A model generated the notes under the pieces. The model did not search any database, was not told where the DNA came from, and saw only the letters and a program-made list of their open reading frames with translations. Below, piece by piece: positions 10,301-19,360 of a stretch of 64,000 nucleotides of DNA. Both the position numbers and the translations under genes were made by a program. Source of the DNA: a virus; the IMG/VR virus record IMGVR_UViG_3300032313_000500, positions 32,001-96,000 of that record; one strand, 5' to 3'. How positions within the stretch are numbered: the first letter of the stretch is position 1; each line of letters starts with the position of its first letter.

Positions 10301-13077
10301 TAACCGCAAGAAGACCTGGTCCGCAACCACTTTTAGGAATTGATGTTGATGGTGCTGACGGCATTGCCTCAAGACAGGCTTCAAGACTCAGTCCGCAGGA
10401 ACTTTCCGCCCTTTCTTCTGCTGTAACGAATCCACCTAGAATTCTTTCATATCCAAACCCGCAAAACGTTCCTGAACTTACTTTACTTTTGGAAGATATT
10501 GAAGAGGTTAGACAGGTTTTTGAACGCAATAATTTAACACCACCAATTACCGTTGCGGATAATGAACTCCAAAATGCAGCCCCAGTTATGTCTGGATTGG
10601 ATAAATCGGTGCTTCCAAGCGACATGGTCGTTGAACTTGAAATTGATACGCCAGAAGACACTTCGCCAGGTTCAATCTATGAAATGTCTCAAATATCTTC
10701 GGCTCAACTCATAACGGATTCAAACACAGAGGAAGTTGATGTTCCACGGTCTGGTTTCTCTTCCACTACCGGAATGAGAACAAAGGCCGGAATTGCCGGG
10801 AGACTAATTGCAAGTAAGAGAACAAGAAAACTTCTTGAAAAAGCAGGAATTGACGCAGAAAGAACAGACGTTGTTCAGTTGATGAGTGAAGTTGCTATTG
10901 GTTTTTCGGTTGGAGGACCGTACGGCGCACTTATTCCTATAGCGCGACGTGGAAGCAGAGACGCTGCCGAGCAAGCGCTAAAAATGATGGTTGAACGCGG
11001 ATGGATTGAGCAAGACCTTGCTAACAAAATTGAAAAATATGGTCTTGACAGAATTGCCGCAGAAGGACTTCCTGACGAAATACTTAATTTAGCAGAATCG
11101 GCCAAAGACAGACTCTTAACGGAAGAATCAAAACGTAGGGCTCTTGATTTTGGTTCGGTTCTTCAAGAAAGAAGCATTGAATTATCTGAAGCAACTCGTG
11201 AAAAAGTATCAGAATTAGCCGACACAGGAAAAGAAAAGGCTCGCGAATTAGCAGCCTCGGGCATGGATAGAGCAAGAAGATTAAGAAGTCGCTTTGACAG
11301 GGACTCCGAAGAATTGGATGCAGGTGACCCGTTTTCCCTTCCTCCATCAGGTGGCGCTGTTGATATGCCTTCCCCATACGACGACCCATTTAAGTCCGCG
11401 TTTGTTGACATTGAGTTTAAGCAACTCGGTTCTTCAATCGGGGAGCAAAAGCAAGTTAAGAAAACCAAGGTAAGAGTTGCTGTTCCCGCTGGCTCAAAAG
11501 GCAAGATTGAATCAGGTAAAAGCAAGGCAAGCAACATGATTCTCCCTCCAGGAAAAGTAAAATTTACTGGAGTTGGCGAAGATGGAGTTCCTGAAGCAGA
11601 AATTACTGAACAGATGTCCGCTGAGGAATACATGAAGAATGTTGAAAAGATGTCTTCAGAAATTGCCTCATCTTCCAACAAACCAAGTCTAAAAAAGGCT
11701 GCAAAATTAAGAGCAGATACTGCTAAAAAAATGCGTCAAGAAATGACCGCCAAGTCAGGAACACCTCAGTCAATGTCCGGAATATCAAAAGTTGTATTTG
11801 ATAAATCAAACTCAATAATGGAAAGAGGAAAAGCGGCTGGTATTAATTTCTTCACTCTTGAAAAAGTAAAAAATGACGATACGGATATTGAGACATCCGA
11901 GTACGTGCGTATGTATCAAGAAAAACTTGTATCAACTATTAATAATTACAGCAAATCTTTACCATCTCGTCTTTTTGATGAAGAAATAAGCGCAGATACT
12001 AAAAAGTTTATTTACAGCAATTCAGTAAAAGAGATAGTTAAAGAGGTTAACAAAGTAGCAATGTTGATACACGAAGACATAGATAGAAGAGTACGTGTAT
12101 CAATGTCTAAATCTTCGTTAGAACAATTTGTTGGTTCTGGAAAAATTGCAAATATTGACGTTGATAGTGAATCTTTAAAGATTTTAAAAAACAAAAGAAA
12201 TTCAATGTTGGGTAATTCTCCTGGAATTAAAGAGTTTTCTTTTACTCCTGTTGAGTTTATGCACGGAGTAATGATTGAAAAAATTGAAAAACAACTTTAC
12301 GAAAATGGCACCCATGTTGGCTCCGAAGAATTTACAGATTACGGAAGAGGAATAGAACTTGTACTTCGCGCAGAAAATTCCCCAAGAATTGGATACGGAA
12401 GAAAAGAATCTTACAAAAACGGCGGAATTTTTGTACAAATAAACGAAGAAGACGAAAACCTTATTCAGGCTTCAATTTTTGGACAAATGTTTATGTCAAA
12501 AAATGGTGCAGAAGAATACTTGGCGGAGATTATTGAAGCAAGTCTTTCTGGTGACTATTCAAAACTAATAAAGAAAAATGACGAAGATGTATTTGAAGCG
12601 TTTATAGTTGGAGAAATATCACTTAACGATGTTGAGCACATCAAAATACCTTTGTCAATATTCAACATCAGAAAGAAAAGGGTCCCCAAGAGCAGCATGA
12701 TTGGTGGGGCAGACTCAATCAATATGATATTTATGAACAGAGGAGTTCCAAAAGAAAAAATTAAAGACTTCTTTGATAAAGACGGAACAATAGGTGGCGG
12801 ATACACGCCAAAGCATTTGTCTTACCTAAACGAGTTAGAGGCTGCAGAAGAATTTAAAGAAAACCTAATATCTCTAGGCATATCTGAAGTCATATTTACG
12901 AACAAAGACGGAATTGACATCATGAGTGAGGACACTTGGGTGACCCCACCTCCGACGAAGAAAAAGGGCAAAGACGCCTTGAAGGAGATAGCAAGAAAAG
13001 AAGTTATGTCAATTATTGACAAAATTGCCCCACCACCCAAAAAGCCAATTCCTAAAAAGGAGACTGCAAAGAAATGA
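7393..13077 (+). CDS. Giant virion-associated multidomain protein (1894 aa): RCPPG motif, HExxH zincin, split degenerate ART fold, C-terminal DUF3626-like domain
   Basis: ATG7393 just after the upstream stop (track start 7261 overlaps that gene). Motifs: HERAH; LDKSVLPSDMVV...VRVAVPAGSKG...MILPPG; TDYGRGIELVLRAE...FEAFIVGEISLNDVEHI. One GFSST motif at 10753. Confidence 0.7.
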   Translation: MTGVNINKIRHYAPGFNNRTTRLDADMSALLFKAGTRVISSSERLIADVSIKAAMGAGAPADDKKRGLQSAGKSKYININGLVYDPAAKKQEGQFFKPWITERERINAMRSSDPVPNWGWVDAHPEHQNKLEAPRNSKGKVTRYPVNPKTGEPMKNQGFDQEFKSLGPTLGERNPGGKLLARTAKAFGLVVDALGKFRCPPGTPAANRFTNERGEGCFDISVAQVRNLVGSLADSMQGPQNRSQIVSSLASAGLSIAEIRKSYKENGIAGLASLARRVGIDYVGEKWNDMSYVSQIPVRLREISGLTMGAQSRMERIVQEKAATIDFLAEYYGITETDEYKKIGEIVKAMSADPDSPLAPNQFELLFRGGTPESHEDWAIDALIETHIEAINQKLGLGGTPDVIRRDPVMMARVAADAKEEYLRAKAAGEVTPITQFIDAGLRREKDFRLGAFEDMVIAAHERPHSFTMPNGSKRTYVADVGAGYQYDKNGEAWPDTILINSGPALLGFRDTPPAGYMDLYEATGGDIDDQWRAVASAMDADERLRAYATLWGTDLAATEGRGWRDFGAQTSAHERAHWGQMDAIFQYHADNGTGRNIEDLNNDELMDLTKEFMTKASPEILSDVFGIDIDDLIDKRFDALAGAYSQVKQQEALGELTGGGTSEEFNYARTLALMETLAELKANKAVGLIGDDPELDAILEKMDPLPPLTGGSISPSGGIVPSRPDGSPAPRFVPSGRVRPTLPGSAPALPTNAGRVVTTTPGRSGGRGRRGPVDPFEKERYGKVPTMIKEGRFTLEDIDEFLYGEDGKGGLKRMLESVANMRTKKNGYTDPALVKRKRLLNELVDTMGISFPELEALALKAKRGESLTPEEKSKLVDAISHLRNGANEFKAKSIEARKKFEDYRSVDVSRATGDGSEYDEKDTNVLNLEQIQDEIEMYEALFNRVGRGIAPAVHDILTMTENGPYPHRLTARRPGPQPLLGIDVDGADGIASRQASRLSPQELSALSSAVTNPPRILSYPNPQNVPELTLLLEDIEEVRQVFERNNLTPPITVADNELQNAAPVMSGLDKSVLPSDMVVELEIDTPEDTSPGSIYEMSQISSAQLITDSNTEEVDVPRSGFSSTTGMRTKAGIAGRLIASKRTRKLLEKAGIDAERTDVVQLMSEVAIGFSVGGPYGALIPIARRGSRDAAEQALKMMVERGWIEQDLANKIEKYGLDRIAAEGLPDEILNLAESAKDRLLTEESKRRALDFGSVLQERSIELSEATREKVSELADTGKEKARELAASGMDRARRLRSRFDRDSEELDAGDPFSLPPSGGAVDMPSPYDDPFKSAFVDIEFKQLGSSIGEQKQVKKTKVRVAVPAGSKGKIESGKSKASNMILPPGKVKFTGVGEDGVPEAEITEQMSAEEYMKNVEKMSSEIASSSNKPSLKKAAKLRADTAKKMRQEMTAKSGTPQSMSGISKVVFDKSNSIMERGKAAGINFFTLEKVKNDDTDIETSEYVRMYQEKLVSTINNYSKSLPSRLFDEEISADTKKFIYSNSVKEIVKEVNKVAMLIHEDIDRRVRVSMSKSSLEQFVGSGKIANIDVDSESLKILKNKRNSMLGNSPGIKEFSFTPVEFMHGVMIEKIEKQLYENGTHVGSEEFTDYGRGIELVLRAENSPRIGYGRKESYKNGGIFVQINEEDENLIQASIFGQMFMSKNGAEEYLAEIIEASLSGDYSKLIKKNDEDVFEAFIVGEISLNDVEHIKIPLSIFNIRKKRVPKSSMIGGADSINMIFMNRGVPKEKIKDFFDKDGTIGGGYTPKHLSYLNELEAAEEFKENLISLGISEVIFTNKDGIDIMSEDTWVTPPPTKKKGKDALKEIARKEVMSIIDKIAPPPKKPIPKKETAKK

Positions 13078-13484
13078 AAGCAGTATTAGTGGCAACTGTC
13101 CATGGCGACAAAAAACTATTCTATGTGGTTGACGCAAAAGACGAAAAAACCGACGGCGTACTTGATGATGGCGTTAAACCAAAAGTTGTAAATTTCTGGG
13201 CAACCGCTATGAATGCAATAAATCTAGTACCATTACGTTCAACGAAGTTTCATGATTTTTTATGGGATGGAGCATCTTGGGACAACAGCGACGAATGGGA
13301 AAGGGTTTTTATAAAAAAAACTCAAGTGGTTTCCCCAAGAATGTCGTCTGGTGTTGTTTTTTCAACAGATGCAATGAAATCAAAATTAAAAGAAAAATCA
13401 ATCAATTCTCGCGCTACAGAGTTCAAGACATTGATGCAGACGCAAAATATAAATATAGTACGTTCCAGAACGGGTAACCAATGA
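13074..13484 (+). CDS. Hypothetical protein (136 aa), translationally coupled to the upstream giant gene; possible immunity/partner protein
   Basis: ATGA overlap with the 13077 stop; no recognisable family. Confidence 0.6.
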   Translation: MKAVLVATVHGDKKLFYVVDAKDEKTDGVLDDGVKPKVVNFWATAMNAINLVPLRSTKFHDFLWDGASWDNSDEWERVFIKKTQVVSPRMSSGVVFSTDAMKSKLKEKSINSRATEFKTLMQTQNINIVRSRTGNQ

Positions 13485-14077
13485 ACAATAGAGACATTAA
13501 GGCAGACCCGCTAGGTGGGATAATCCCCCAAGAACTAGTAACTGGAGACATCCTCAAAGGCCGTGGACCAAGAAGAGGAAACCTTGAAAGACTGCTTCGC
13601 TACTGGCGACCAATCATGAAAAAGCCAGGTGGCTTTAGGCGTTGCAAGGTCATTCTTGCTGACCATCCAGAGTTGTACCCACTGAACAATATATGTGCTT
13701 GGTTGCATCATGAAACTACCGGTCTTTGGCCAAACGAAGGTTGTCACCATCCCGGCATGAAAAACTGCCGTAAAAAAATTAAAAAAGGAACGAATGGTTC
13801 TCTTTTCTCTGACTCAGATTTTGATAAAAGGGTAAGAAAACTTGCTGGAAATAGTAAGAAGTCTTTACAGCCGGAAACCGAGCAATACGAAGACTCAGTA
13901 GTGACGAATGCCGACGAAAAACATTCAGTTCTAGTGATGCGTGACTTTTCTGAGATGGAACCAGATTTTTGCAAAACCATGTCTGACGATTCAAATTGGG
14001 AAATAGAGGGCGAAGACGAAATGGGAAACACCAAGTCAGTCCCTTATGATTCTGAACAGGACAACGACGTTGAGTAA
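13481..14077 (+). CDS. Head-associated hypothetical protein with a YW...PGGFRRC...ICAWLHHETTGLWP domain
   Basis: ATGA overlap. The motif resembles a small domain seen in actinophage head/maturation genes; N-terminal DIK-AD site. Confidence 0.6.
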   Translation: MNNRDIKADPLGGIIPQELVTGDILKGRGPRRGNLERLLRYWRPIMKKPGGFRRCKVILADHPELYPLNNICAWLHHETTGLWPNEGCHHPGMKNCRKKIKKGTNGSLFSDSDFDKRVRKLAGNSKKSLQPETEQYEDSVVTNADEKHSVLVMRDFSEMEPDFCKTMSDDSNWEIEGEDEMGNTKSVPYDSEQDNDVE

Positions 14078-16067
14078 TAGAGAAATAAATTTCGTTAAAA
14101 GAAGAGTTGCCCTACTTTCCGTAAAGACGGTACGTAAGGTAAACCCCGTAATTACCATGCGCCTAAACGGCCAGCAAAACGTAATAGATTACAAGGCCTT
14201 AGCAAAACGTTCTGGACTAACACGAAAGTACAGCGTGAAGGTTGGAATACTTGGCACGCACTCAACAATCGGCCAGGCTGCTCAATCTGCAATTTCTGCT
14301 GCAACTCCAGGAAACCTGAGCCCAATAAGAAGCCCGATTCGTTCTGGCTTATGGGGTGCCTTAACTCCTGGAAAGCCAAGAATTCCAGGTGGAACTGGTG
14401 GGGCAAATCGTGCCAGTCGTTGTCCAGAGGGATATCAGTATGGCGGTCGCTTTACTGACTCTCGTTTTTCTACATGTGGGGCAAAACTCTTTGACATACC
14501 TTCCGCTATTGGTTTAGCAATTGGCGCACTGAGAAGGATAGCCCGTGGCGCTAGAGCGGTTTCTGGAGACTCAACTCCAATCACTGGCGAAACTCCACCA
14601 GAGTCAATAGTTCAATCAAGACGTCCACAGATTCCAAGAGTCGGAAATCCCAACCCTGCAGCACGCGCGGCTGCGGCAAAAAACATCGTCTCTCAAATTG
14701 GGCAGACAGACGCGGCAGTCGTAAGAATGGTCAGAAAAGACGGTTTCGCATTGGAGCCAGTAGTCTCAGCGCAAGTACTCAGAGCAATCCCCGACAACAG
14801 GGACATGGAAGGCGCTGACTACATATTGTCAGTTCAGGACCTTCCACAACTCGGTGGCCAAGAACTCGGACTTTTATCAAATACCGGCGTTACTAAACTC
14901 ACCTATGTTTTGCCAGGTGGCTCAACCCTCTCGCTTGAAAAGAAGAGGCAACTCACTGTTGGTGAAAGAAGAAAACTTGGGCGCACCGTTAATGCTGCAT
15001 CAAAAATTGACATATCAAACGACCCCACTGCTCGCCTAAAAGAAGTCGTTGCTCAAACTGGGGATGGAATAGGTTATTCGGAAAACTTTTTAAACATCAA
15101 GAACCCAAATGAGGTGGTTTCTAAAGGTGGAAAGTCGGTTCCGAGATGGGCTGACGAATTGTTCGGCAAGGGAAGAAAAGCAAAGCCTGCAGCCAATGCA
15201 GAAAGAGCAACAGATTCAAGTAGTGCTGTGGGTAAAAACATCACAAGTGTTGACGCTGCAGTTGACCAGATAATGTCCGGAAGACCACTTTCTGAAATTG
15301 ACCCAATGATTTTGCAACAGGCTCTTACAAAGGCAAACGTATTTAAGAGACAAAAATTGGACCGAAGAAGAGAAATGCTTGAAACGCCAAATGGCAACAA
15401 GTACATGCTCTATTCCTCGTCTGGCAAATATGAGCACCTTGGTCAAAAACTTGCAAGCGATATCCAGCAGCACCTTGGTCTTGAGTCACCTGACGTTTTC
15501 TTTGTTGGCGAGGGAGATAAGAGAAAGTACATAGTGGAGGACCCTTCTTCTCTAATTAGGGGATTCCAGGTTGACCGTAGGCGTAAATTCTCCGACTACA
15601 AACCGGAAGATGTAGCAAAAATGCTTGTTTCCGACTGGCTTACGGACCAGAGAGAAAGAGACCCAGGCTCAATTGTTCCTGTTTCAAACGGAACTGACAC
15701 AAAGCCGGTTGTTACCAACAACTTCACTTCTGGACTTACTGACCTTGACCAAGTGTCAATTGTTGAGCGTCAAAAACTAACATTATCTCAATTCATGGAC
15801 GCAAATAGGGCTGAGACTTACTCGCAATATTTCCAAAATTTACAGCAACAACAGAGATTTGCCTTCAGAAGAGAGATTGACGCTCTACTATTAAGAGCAA
15901 GACAATTTAACTTTACACAATTTAAAAATCGCCTTTACAACGATGGTCGCTTAACCGACGCAGAAAAAGCACACCTGAACATCGTTGGGCGCATTCTGGA
16001 AATAAGAATTCAAAACTATGCAGGTAGTAGGGAAATTTTAATGGAAATCCTCGGAGTCAAAAAATGA
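14046..16067 (+). CDS. Virion-associated protein with RCPEG motif and a C-terminal degenerate HipA/PI3K-like kinase fold
   Basis: 673-aa ORF (alternative TTG start at 14070). C-terminal KYMLY...EHLGQKLASDIQQHLGLESPDV...MLVSDWLTDQRERDPGSI resembles the D.L..N.DRH..N kinase core with substitutions. Confidence 0.6.
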   Translation: MILNRTTTLSNREINFVKRRVALLSVKTVRKVNPVITMRLNGQQNVIDYKALAKRSGLTRKYSVKVGILGTHSTIGQAAQSAISAATPGNLSPIRSPIRSGLWGALTPGKPRIPGGTGGANRASRCPEGYQYGGRFTDSRFSTCGAKLFDIPSAIGLAIGALRRIARGARAVSGDSTPITGETPPESIVQSRRPQIPRVGNPNPAARAAAAKNIVSQIGQTDAAVVRMVRKDGFALEPVVSAQVLRAIPDNRDMEGADYILSVQDLPQLGGQELGLLSNTGVTKLTYVLPGGSTLSLEKKRQLTVGERRKLGRTVNAASKIDISNDPTARLKEVVAQTGDGIGYSENFLNIKNPNEVVSKGGKSVPRWADELFGKGRKAKPAANAERATDSSSAVGKNITSVDAAVDQIMSGRPLSEIDPMILQQALTKANVFKRQKLDRRREMLETPNGNKYMLYSSSGKYEHLGQKLASDIQQHLGLESPDVFFVGEGDKRKYIVEDPSSLIRGFQVDRRRKFSDYKPEDVAKMLVSDWLTDQRERDPGSIVPVSNGTDTKPVVTNNFTSGLTDLDQVSIVERQKLTLSQFMDANRAETYSQYFQNLQQQQRFAFRREIDALLLRARQFNFTQFKNRLYNDGRLTDAEKAHLNIVGRILEIRIQNYAGSREILMEILGVKK

Positions 16068-19000
16068 AAAAAGTATCTACCCTATTTGATGCACTGCGTA
16101 ATGAAAAATTTGCTATTGCTATTCAAGATGATTATGGAGTCAAATACTATGGCTCCGAAGGCCAGGGAAAAGAATGGTCCGACTGGGCCAACTCTCTTAG
16201 CACCAAAACTATTGACGCAAACAATATTCCAGCAGGAATCATTCAGGGGCCCTACAAAAACATTAGCGAGCATTCCTTAAAGTCATTGCTGACTGCTTTT
16301 GGAAACAACATTAGCGAAATTGGCAACTCCTATACAGACTCCAAGTCATACTCTTACAAAAGTTCTGTAAAGATGGACAACGGTGCCCGTGTTCCAGCAG
16401 TAATGGATACACCAATTGGTCACTTTACCAAGTCCCAGTATTCAAGCGCTGTGAATTACAAGGGTCTTGCTATTCGCACCCAAATCAAAGAGGGAAGTTT
16501 TCTTTTTGAAGCAAGAGCAAACAATTACGCATTCAACTTTGACAACTGGATGTACAACTCAACCCCGTCAAAAGCCGAAATAAAGTCACTTCGTCACAGA
16601 ATTGACACAAACGTAGGTCGTTCTTCCGAAAGACGTCTGGGCATGAAATTTAAAGCCGCTCTTGTTGAAAGAGATGGACGCCACAGAGTTGGTTACGCGC
16701 AAACACTGGAAACCAAATCACTTGAAGACTCTCTTGAGTTGAAAGGAATTGGTCAAAGAATAGGTGGAGGAGCACGCATCGGCAGAAGAGCGGCTCGCAG
16801 TATGGCCATGTTTGACCCTAAAGCATGGGACGGCGATGGCGATGGCGTAGTGCAGGAAGGTACACCCTTTGAAAGACCTGCAATTCCCGGCATCAACGAC
16901 AGGGCAACTGGCGGTGCTGTTGACGCAGATGCTGCGAAGAAGGCATGGAAAGAATTTCAAAAGAATCCAGGCAGTTCAACGCCTTCTAGAGAGTTGAGTC
17001 CTGCACGCAGAGCCATGCGCGAAGGAAGCCGCTCAGTAGGAAGACAAGTTCTCACTAACCGTAAGCCAGCGGCAGCGGGTCGTAAATTACCTGACTCAAA
17101 ACCAATCAAGAGAAGCGGTCTTGCATCAAGATTGCCTGGCGACAAAAACGAAGCAGGAGTCAACCCACTAGTAGCAAAAGAAGTAGTTCGCAAAATAGAA
17201 GATGTTCTCTATAAACGAGACACATTAGATTCATTCAGTGCTTTCATTGATGGACTTGGTCCAGACGGTGGTCAGGAATTAAGTGCTGAACAAGTTTTTG
17301 ACATAAAAGAAGCAATCCAGTTGTACGACAATGAAGAATACGACATGGACGACCTTTACAGCAGTGTTTCAGCAGCCGTCACCAGAAAGAAGCCCGACGC
17401 TAAACCAAGTCAATCCGGAATGCGTTCACGTGTTGGTAAAGCACAAATGGACAGACAAGTTAATGGTCTCGCATCACGAAGTGGTCGTTCTAAGAAAAAA
17501 TCAAAACTGAAAGCAGTACCAGGACTTGACAAGGTTGACGAACGAGATGGTTCCCTATGGGCGTCTTTGACACCAGAACAGCAAGAAGTTGTAAAGAAAA
17601 ATACTCAAACAGCATATGAAAGACTTCAGACATCCATCAAAAAAGACAAGTATCTCAGCACGTGGTGGGATGAATTTTTACGTCTTCCTCGCAAAAAGGG
17701 AGCAACAGACGCTGACGGTAATGAGTGGTCTGAGCAATCAAGAATTGCTGGAGAGGCATTCACTTCTTTTGAAGTAGCAATAAACAGGTCAATTGACGGC
17801 GCAAATTCAGAAATACAAGCCGACGAGAGAGCGCTTGCAGCAATGAGACCTACAGGGTCTGATGCTGAAATTAAAAAAGCAGAAAACAGAATTGCAAATA
17901 AGAAGAAACAGGTTCAAAGAATTCAAAAAATTCTAGACGACCTTAAAACGTACGACCAAATGGACAAAGCCGATGACTGGTCGCTTCTTGAACACCTTCA
18001 CCCAGAACAAAGAAAGAAATCTTTCGGTACTGGATTGCAAAAAGATGAAATAAATCTGATTGTTAGCCCTTTTGCTGATGGAAAACTTCCAAAGGGAATG
18101 AAAGTTGGAGAACCATCAACAATTTTTGAAGAAATTGGTGGAGTTAAAAGAGCAAAGCCTCGTATTATCGGAGAAAAAGGTGATGCAAAACTTGCAGACT
18201 TTGCAGACAGAATTCTTCGCCCCAACCCAGTAAGGGCGGAAAGAAGAAGACTACGAAAGGCCGGAAAAGGTAAGACGTTCACAGAAGAATCGCCACGCGA
18301 AAAAATCTCAAAAGTTAAAAGAAGAATTTCTAAAGCAAAACGTCAAGTACAAAGCAAGATTCGTGGAAAGCGCAATCCAGAGAATATTGAAAGCGCTTTG
18401 GAAAAAGTCAGGAAACGTAACACTCCACTTATCGGCAGAGACAAAGACGACAATCCGGTTATCTCTCGCGAAACAATTGAGGGTTTTGCAAAACTGCTAA
18501 GAGGATACAAGCCTTCGGAAAAAAGAACCAAAGATGGAGCGACCAAAGGTAAGAACGCCGACTCGTTCCTTGGACAAATCTGGGACTCACAAAACTTCTC
18601 TGCACTTCCTACAGCGATAACTGAAGAAGAGGCCAGGGAACTAATATCTTTAGGATGGACACCAATTCAACGTGGGCATGGAGGAACAACACCCTCCCAG
18701 GCAGCCTCATGGGCGGAAGATTATATTTACGACCCTAGAAGATTTATTACTGGAGAAGGTGGACAAGCAGTAGGCCCTGGAGAATACTGGGCCCACCCTG
18801 AGAGCACCGGATGGGACAGTTGGATTAGAGGTCAATCTTCAAACACTGCAACACTTGCTTTCTTGCCACCTAACTCAAAAGTCCTAACGGAAGCGCAAGC
18901 GTCAAAACTTCAACAGGACGGCAATAGTATTGCAAACGCAATCGGTGGATACATAACTGGTGCTGGTAGTGGTGGAAAAGCGGAAGAACTTGACCCACAA

Positions 19001-19360
19001 GACCTTGTTAGAGAAATCAAACAGCATCTTTCAAGCGTGTTACCAATGGATTCAGGTGTTTGGAATAGCGAAGTAGGAAAAGTATATTCTCAAATATTCA
19101 GCCTCATGGAGGCTGGAAACTCGGCGGAAGGCAAGCAACTCTATGCCGCTCTGCAGTTCATGTTAAAACAAAGAGACTCTCATAAAAACATTTACGCCAT
19201 GATTCTTGGATACGACGGTGTTGATTATGGAAAATCAGACGGAAGATTGCTGATGTTTAACCGCGGTGCGCTATCTGTTGTTGGAGAAGCAGTTGTTCCT
19301 CTTGATAAACTCAAAGCCATAGCAGCGGGCCAACCTTGGCCACCCAGAAAGGACGCATAA
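16064..19360 (+). CDS. Giant virion-associated protein (1098 aa) with DGDGDG tag and a C-terminal ADP-ribosyltransferase-like domain
   Basis: ATGA overlap. The N-terminal 250 aa hold about 9 x-K-[SAGT] sites; tag at 16811-16948. C-terminal PIQRG...GQAVGPGEYW...ILGYDGVDY...LLMFNRGAL resembles ART-like toxin tips of phage head proteins. Confidence 0.65.
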   Translation: MKKVSTLFDALRNEKFAIAIQDDYGVKYYGSEGQGKEWSDWANSLSTKTIDANNIPAGIIQGPYKNISEHSLKSLLTAFGNNISEIGNSYTDSKSYSYKSSVKMDNGARVPAVMDTPIGHFTKSQYSSAVNYKGLAIRTQIKEGSFLFEARANNYAFNFDNWMYNSTPSKAEIKSLRHRIDTNVGRSSERRLGMKFKAALVERDGRHRVGYAQTLETKSLEDSLELKGIGQRIGGGARIGRRAARSMAMFDPKAWDGDGDGVVQEGTPFERPAIPGINDRATGGAVDADAAKKAWKEFQKNPGSSTPSRELSPARRAMREGSRSVGRQVLTNRKPAAAGRKLPDSKPIKRSGLASRLPGDKNEAGVNPLVAKEVVRKIEDVLYKRDTLDSFSAFIDGLGPDGGQELSAEQVFDIKEAIQLYDNEEYDMDDLYSSVSAAVTRKKPDAKPSQSGMRSRVGKAQMDRQVNGLASRSGRSKKKSKLKAVPGLDKVDERDGSLWASLTPEQQEVVKKNTQTAYERLQTSIKKDKYLSTWWDEFLRLPRKKGATDADGNEWSEQSRIAGEAFTSFEVAINRSIDGANSEIQADERALAAMRPTGSDAEIKKAENRIANKKKQVQRIQKILDDLKTYDQMDKADDWSLLEHLHPEQRKKSFGTGLQKDEINLIVSPFADGKLPKGMKVGEPSTIFEEIGGVKRAKPRIIGEKGDAKLADFADRILRPNPVRAERRRLRKAGKGKTFTEESPREKISKVKRRISKAKRQVQSKIRGKRNPENIESALEKVRKRNTPLIGRDKDDNPVISRETIEGFAKLLRGYKPSEKRTKDGATKGKNADSFLGQIWDSQNFSALPTAITEEEARELISLGWTPIQRGHGGTTPSQAASWAEDYIYDPRRFITGEGGQAVGPGEYWAHPESTGWDSWIRGQSSNTATLAFLPPNSKVLTEAQASKLQQDGNSIANAIGGYITGAGSGGKAEELDPQDLVREIKQHLSSVLPMDSGVWNSEVGKVYSQIFSLMEAGNSAEGKQLYAALQFMLKQRDSHKNIYAMILGYDGVDYGKSDGRLLMFNRGALSVVGEAVVPLDKLKAIAAGQPWPPRKDA

